NCBI GenBank assembly: GCA_017612655.1
Contig: JAGAFM010000086.1
Coordinates: 1 to 53,212 of the forward strand
Direction of reading: 5' to 3'
Source: Clostridia bacterium
Lineage (GTDB): Bacteria; Bacillota; Clostridia; Oscillospirales; CAG-272
DNA: 53,212 nt
Made by a program: the position numbers and the translations under genes. Every line of letters begins with the position of its first letter. Positions within the stretch are counted from its first letter, which is position 1. Below the pieces are notes generated by a model that ran no database searches, was not told the DNA's origin, and saw nothing but the letters and a program-made list of their open reading frames with translations. Of the stretch, positions 48,557 to 53,212 are shown piece by piece.

Positions 48557-50509
48557 ATGGAGGTGATCCGATTGTCCGAAATCCATTCTCTTCTGGATTC
48601 CATTCAGGGCCCGGAAGACCTGAAACGGCTTTCCCTGGACCAGGTCCGGGAACTGGCGGACGAACTGCGCTCCTTCCTCGTTCAGACCGTGACGGAGAAG
48701 GGCGGTCATCTCGCTTCCAATCTGGGCGTAGTCGAACTAACTCTGGCGATGCACCGGGTCTTCGACTCCCCGAAGGATCACTTCATTTTCGACGTCGGAC
48801 ACCAGGCGTATGTCCACAAGATTCTGACGGGGCGAAAAGAGGCGTTCCGGGACAGCCTCCGGAAAAACGGAGGTATTTCCGGGTTTACCCGAAGGGTGGA
48901 AAGCGAACACGATCCGTTCGGCGCCGGACACGCTTCCACGTCCGTCTCCGCAGGTCTGGGAATGGCGACCGCGGACAAGAGAAAAGGAAACGACTCCTGG
49001 ACCGTCTGTGTTGTGGGCGACGGAGCCTTCACCGGCGGGATGATTCACGAAGCTCTGAACAACATTGATCCGGATCTGCACCTGATTGTCATTCTCAACG
49101 AAAATGAAATGTCGATTTCCCGCAACACGGGAATCTTTGCGAAACGACTCTCTTCCATCCGTTCCCGGGAGGGATATTACGCTTTCAAGGATACGACGGG
49201 AAAGGTCATCCAGCGGATCCCGCTGATCGGGAAGCCCCTGTTCCGCGCTCTTCACCGTCTGAAGACCGCGATCAAGGACGCCGTTTACGGCTCCAATTTT
49301 TTCGAAGACCTGGGGCTCTTCTATCTCGGGCCTGTGGACGGGAACGACCCCGAAAAAACAGAGACGATTCTGCGAATCGCCAAGGAACTTCGGAAGAGCG
49401 TCCTGGTTCACGTCAAAACCGTCAAAGGAAAAGGATGGAAACCGTCCGAGGAAGAACCGGACCGGTTCCATGCAGTCGCACCGGGCAGATACTCCCCCGA
49501 GGACGGCGCCCTGCTGAGCGGAAGCAGACTCGCAGGTTTTACAGAAACGTTCGGAGAGACTGTCTGCTCCGCAATGGAATCCGAGGAAGACCTGGTCGCC
49601 GTGACGGCGGCCATGACCGAAGGGACCGGCCTGTCCGAAGCCGCTTCCCGCTTCCCCGACCGAGTCTTCGATGTCGGAATAGCGGAAGAGCATGCGCTGA
49701 CCTTTGCCGCCGGTCTTTCCGCGGGAGGACTCAGTCCGGTTGTGGCGATTTATTCTTCTTTTCTACAGCGCGCATACGACAACCTGATTCACGATCTTTC
49801 CCTACAGGATCTTTCCGTTTTGCTCTGTATTGATCGGGCAGGGCTGAACGAAGGAGACGGGGTCACGCATCACGGAATTTTCGATGTTTCCATGCTGCTG
49901 CAGCTCCCCAACGCCACGGTCTTCGCCCCGATCTCCGAGTCGTCTCTTCGGAACCTGTTTCTCCGCTCCGTGCACGCACAGGGGATTACGGCAATCCGCT
50001 ATCCGAAAGGATGCGATGACCCTCGTCTGCTTTCCCGTTTTCCAGGCAGTGAATCCGGGGAGTGGCACCCGATCCGGACCGACTATCCGTCCGGGACCAG
50101 GCTGGATCTTCTGTTCGTCACCTACGGAAGAATCGCCGCTGAGACGATCGAAGCCGAAACGCTCCTGCAGTCTGAAGGCATTGCTTCCGGAACGGTTCTG
50201 TTGGAACAACTGACTCCGGTTATCACCCGTTCAGATGAAATTGCCGGGCAGATTCGGGACACAGGCGTGGGGGCGGTCCTTCTAGTTGAAGAAGGCATTC
50301 TTTCCGGAGGATTGGCCGCAGCCGTTCTGGAGGCACTTCTGAATCGAACCGCGCCAAACGTAAAGTGCGGCGTTTGCGCCGTTGAAAATCCGTTCGAACC
50401 ATCTGTCCCCGGAAAACGGATGGCGGAGGTCATGGGTCTTGACTCCTTCTCGCTGGCAAAGCGTGCACGTATCCTCCTGAAAGAGGATTCTCTCTCGGAA
50501 ACGAACTAA
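48557..50509 (+). CDS. dxs: 1-deoxy-D-xylulose-5-phosphate synthase
   Basis: GGHLASNLGVVELTLAMH, DVGHQAYVHKILTGR, the TPP motif GDGAFTGGMIHEALNN and a transketolase-like C-terminus. ATG 48557 or TTG 48572 (the latter 8 nt after GGAGGTGA) could be the start. Confidence 0.95.
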   Translation: MEVIRLSEIHSLLDSIQGPEDLKRLSLDQVRELADELRSFLVQTVTEKGGHLASNLGVVELTLAMHRVFDSPKDHFIFDVGHQAYVHKILTGRKEAFRDSLRKNGGISGFTRRVESEHDPFGAGHASTSVSAGLGMATADKRKGNDSWTVCVVGDGAFTGGMIHEALNNIDPDLHLIVILNENEMSISRNTGIFAKRLSSIRSREGYYAFKDTTGKVIQRIPLIGKPLFRALHRLKTAIKDAVYGSNFFEDLGLFYLGPVDGNDPEKTETILRIAKELRKSVLVHVKTVKGKGWKPSEEEPDRFHAVAPGRYSPEDGALLSGSRLAGFTETFGETVCSAMESEEDLVAVTAAMTEGTGLSEAASRFPDRVFDVGIAEEHALTFAAGLSAGGLSPVVAIYSSFLQRAYDNLIHDLSLQDLSVLLCIDRAGLNEGDGVTHHGIFDVSMLLQLPNATVFAPISESSLRNLFLRSVHAQGITAIRYPKGCDDPRLLSRFPGSESGEWHPIRTDYPSGTRLDLLFVTYGRIAAETIEAETLLQSEGIASGTVLLEQLTPVITRSDEIAGQIRDTGVGAVLLVEEGILSGGLAAAVLEALLNRTAPNVKCGVCAVENPFEPSVPGKRMAEVMGLDSFSLAKRARILLKEDSLSETN

Positions 50510-50597
50510 ATTCTGAACCGTTCACGAGAAAAGCCCCTTTTTCCGAAAAACCGTTCGGAGAAGAACAGATTGAACTGCCGAATTCCCATCCCGACAC

Positions 50598-50626
50598 TTG
50601 ACATTACAGCCTGGATGTGTTATCTT
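50598..50626 (+). promoter_or_regulatory. promoter (TTGACA-17-TATCTT, extended -10 TG)
   Basis: TTGACA at 50598-50603, a spacer ending in TGT, and TATCTT at 50621-50626. About 100-nt leader. Confidence 0.5.
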
Positions 50627-50729
50627 AGTTACCGGTAGAGTCAGGGCTCTATGTCCGAATCTCCGGGAAAAACGTCCCGAAGCGGACCGGAAGCCGAAAC
50701 AAATCTCCCGAAAGGAAGCGTGAGAGTAT

Positions 50730-51347
50730 ATGGCAACTTGCCCGAACTGCGGTTATGAAATCTCCGAAACCGCATCCTTCTGCACCAACTGCGGAGCCAG
50801 TATTGAACATCCTGCCCCTCAATCCACCCCGAAAGAACATACTTCCGAGACACCGGTTACACCAGCTCCCGCTCCTCAGCAGCCCACCCAGTCTCAGCCT
50901 CAGGCACAGGCACAGCAGCCAAAACCCCAGCATCCCGCTGCCATTCCGGCCGCGGAAGTCCCTTCCTCCAAGGAAACTGCCGTTGCTGGCGTCGGAGCGT
51001 TCTTCGGCCTGATGATCCTGTTCTCTCTCCCGATCATCGGATTTATCTGCTGCATCGTTTTCTGTTTTGTCCCTGAGAATAAAAACATCCGGCATTTTGC
51101 GATCGGTTATCTCCTGTATTCCCTGCTCTGCACTCTGATTACCATCCTTATCGTCGTCGGAATCGTCATGCTCCTGAAACCCCTCGTCGAGGAAACCATC
51201 CCGAAAATGATTGAGGAGTTCAAGGAACAGTTTCAGGATATGATCCCCGGCCTCGCCAATATTCAGGATCTTGGGGATCTCGGGAATCTCAGCGCCCAGG
51301 ATTGGCAGAAGATTCTGGAGGGCTTGGAGACAGCAGGCGTCAACTGA
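50730..51347 (+). CDS. zinc-ribbon domain membrane protein
   Basis: N-terminal CPNCG...FCTNCG zinc ribbon, a Pro/Gln-rich linker (PAPAPQQPTQSQPQAQAQQPKPQ), then three TM helices. Confidence 0.75.
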   Translation: MATCPNCGYEISETASFCTNCGASIEHPAPQSTPKEHTSETPVTPAPAPQQPTQSQPQAQAQQPKPQHPAAIPAAEVPSSKETAVAGVGAFFGLMILFSLPIIGFICCIVFCFVPENKNIRHFAIGYLLYSLLCTLITILIVVGIVMLLKPLVEETIPKMIEEFKEQFQDMIPGLANIQDLGDLGNLSAQDWQKILEGLETAGVN

Positions 51348-51375
51348 GGGCGGCCCTCGTAAAACAGTTTTAATC

Positions 51376-51945
51376 GGGCAGGAGGTCACCCATTAGTTGA
51401 GTGACCGACCTCCCACACCACCGTGCGTACCGTTCGGTACACGGCGGTTCAATCAACTTGCAAGGACTCGTATTTGGCGAGGATATCAAAATATCCTGCC
51501 TGTACGAGTCTTTTGTCCGTTATTGTGGTACTCAGGATTCCACTTCCGGCAACTGCCCAATATCCTTTTCTCGTGTTTCCGTACCTGTATGCCAGCCACG
51601 GTTCCATTTCAAGTTTAATCAGGTTTTGTACTCTGGTTTTCGGTTTCTTCCATTGTTTCCATATGTACATACGGATTCGTCTCCGGAGCCATCCGTTCCA
51701 CTCTGCTATCGTGTTCTTCATTCTTGCAATTCCGAAGTAAGCAAGCCAACCCGTCATGTATATCTGTTCTTTCTTCATGACTGCTCGGACATTTCTGCCC
51801 TGACTGCGGGAAGTCAGTTCTTTGAGTTTCTGACAGAATCCGTTCCACCCCTTCTGCTCAGATCGGTCGTCTTCCCGGGAGGTTGTCGGATATGAAAAAA
51901 CGGAGCCCCGGAGGACTCCGTTTCTATGGGTTGAATCATTTGGTT
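51376..51945 (-). mobile_element. 5'-truncated group II intron remnant (C-terminal part of the IEP ORF, domain V, domain VI)
   Basis: Immediately after the ORF stop, the minus strand gives domain V: CCGCCGTGTACC-GAAC-GGTA(CG)CACGGTGG (51447-51418), with the canonical 2-nt bulge and a CGC triad. A DVI-like hairpin GGAGGTC...GACCTCC follows (about 51414-51381). Only ~30 nt separate the frame's upstream end from the neighbouring gene, so domains I-III and most of the RT are absent. Confidence 0.75.
51449..51943 (-). pseudogene. truncated group II intron reverse transcriptase/maturase (thumb/X domain only)
   Basis: The frame is open from 51943 with no start codon. It reads ...FCQKLKELTSRSQGRNVRAVMKKEQIYMTGWLAYFGIARMKNTIAEWNGWLRRRIRMYIWKQWKKPKTRVQNLIKLEMEPWLAYRYGNTRKGYWAVAGS.... 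This matches the maturase consensus (GW..YF, W.RRR.R...WKQWK, KGYW). RT domains 1-6 are missing. Confidence 0.8.
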
Positions 51946-51977
51946 AGCAGGGGATTGGGGTGGAAACCTCAGAAGCC

Positions 51978-53207
51978 TCAGAAAGCCCACGTCCCGTCCC
52001 GGAAGATCGGGACTTCCCGTCCGTCCTCCGTTGTCGCGGTGATGCTCAGGTCCGGGGTGCCGATCATGAAGTCTTCGTGAATCATGGAATCGTTAATCCC
52101 CATCTCCCTGCACTGCTCCAGCGTGTAGTTCTGGTAATTCCGGATTGTATCGGCAAATCCGTGACCCAGCGCGAGATGGCAGCAGGCGTTTTCGTCAAAG
52201 AGCGTATTGTAGAACAGGATTCCGGTCCGGTTGACCGGCGAATCGAACGGAACCAGCGCGCATTCGCCCAGATAGGCGCTGCCTTCGTCCATCCCGATCA
52301 GTTTGTCCAGCAGATCGCGGTTTCTCTCCGCATCCCACTCCACGGCGCGTCCTTCCCGGAAACGGATCCGGAAGCCTTCGATCAGCTGACCGTCGTAGGA
52401 AAGCGGCTTGGATGCCACCACGAGTCCCTCCGCTACGCCGCGCATCGGGGAAATGAAGCACTCCTCGGTCGGGATGTTGGGATTGAAATAGATGCCCTGA
52501 AGACTCGTGTCTCCCCCGCCCTTGAATTCCGCTTCAGGAATCATCCCGACGGTGAAATTGGTTCCGTTGGAAGCCTCATAGTGCAGGGAGCGGATCCCCA
52601 GCGAGTTGAGGTAGGCGCAGCGGGCGGCAAGGTTCCGGTTGTGCTCCTCCCAGGCGGCGACGGGGTCTCCGTCGACCCGCGCGGTTTCCAGAATCTTCCC
52701 CCAGAGGGTCTCCACGGCCTGACGCGCCGTCAGATCCGGAAACAGCTTTTTCGCCCATTTTACTCCGGGCACGGCCGCGATGCACCACTGATACCGGTTC
52801 TCCATCTGGTCCCGGTATCCCTTGATCACGCGGTAGGTTTTCTGTCTCGCTTTGGCGAGTTTTGCGGTATTAATTCCCTTCAGGCCGTCCGGATCTTCCG
52901 AAACCAGATAAATTCGGCAGGGCAGTTCCTTCACATAATGTTTCCAGCGCTCCTCCTCATAGTCCGAAAGTTCGGACAGCGTGCGCAGCGAGCGGTACCG
53001 GACGTGGGTTTTCTGCAGCGGCTGGTAGGACCAGTCCACCACGACCTTTTTCGCGCCGAGTTTGTAGCACTCCTCCGTCAGGGTCTGGACGAACTCCGGC
53101 TGATCCAGCTCCGCGTAAATGAAAACTTCCTGGCCCTTCTGGACGTTGACGCCGCATTTCGCGATCAGCCTCGCGTAGTCTCTCAGTACTGTCTTCTTCA
53201 CTGTCAT
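51978..53207 (-). CDS. M29 family aminopeptidase (AmpS/PepS-like)
   Basis: 409 aa. N-terminus LRDYARLIAKCGVNVQKGQEV, and HLALGHGF and EDFMIGT blocks typical of thermophilic metalloprotease M29. Confidence 0.9.
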   Translation of the reverse strand: MTVKKTVLRDYARLIAKCGVNVQKGQEVFIYAELDQPEFVQTLTEECYKLGAKKVVVDWSYQPLQKTHVRYRSLRTLSELSDYEEERWKHYVKELPCRIYLVSEDPDGLKGINTAKLAKARQKTYRVIKGYRDQMENRYQWCIAAVPGVKWAKKLFPDLTARQAVETLWGKILETARVDGDPVAAWEEHNRNLAARCAYLNSLGIRSLHYEASNGTNFTVGMIPEAEFKGGGDTSLQGIYFNPNIPTEECFISPMRGVAEGLVVASKPLSYDGQLIEGFRIRFREGRAVEWDAERNRDLLDKLIGMDEGSAYLGECALVPFDSPVNRTGILFYNTLFDENACCHLALGHGFADTIRNYQNYTLEQCREMGINDSMIHEDFMIGTPDLSITATTEDGREVPIFRDGTWAF

Positions 53208-53212
53208 TCTCC

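Overview
A 53.2-kb chromosomal window from a Gram-positive, moderately high-GC Firmicute. The Clostridia-type assignment rests on ECF transporters, HPr, an LPXTG-like anchor, strong GGAGG Shine-Dalgarno sites and TTGACA-17-TATAAT promoters. Family names come from motifs I recognise in the translations; no database search was run. About two thirds is housekeeping: truA-ecfT-ecfA2-ecfA1-methyltransferase-ruvBAC on the minus strand, then ptsH, uvrC-rsmD-coaD, guaB, glpK, alr, dxs and an M29 aminopeptidase. Two accessory blocks stand out. (1) 24.3-30.5 kb, minus strand: a cobalamin-riboswitch-controlled dedicated ECF transporter (T, fused A-A', S). It is followed by two surface proteins with transcobalamin-beta-like (DUF4430) domains, one of which also carries an alpha/alpha-toroid prenyltransferase-like domain. 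(2) 30.6-40.9 kb, plus strand, divergent from block 1: one operon of four tandem DUF4838-type putative glycoside hydrolase paralogs without signal peptides, then a xylose-isomerase-like TIM barrel fused to a Gfo/Idh/MocA oxidoreductase, then an acyl-ACP-thioesterase-like protein. This is my best candidate for an undescribed system, a cytoplasmic and possibly oxidative glycoside-processing locus. Other items are a 146-nt hairpin-rich intergenic element closed by a 19-bp inverted repeat (40943-41088), a 5'-truncated group II intron remnant (51.4-51.9 kb), and structured leaders upstream of ptsH and of a membrane-protein/alr pair. No rRNA, tRNA, CRISPR array or intact IS element was seen. Many very long ORFs in the track (up to 872 aa) are codon-aligned antisense artefacts and were rejected.
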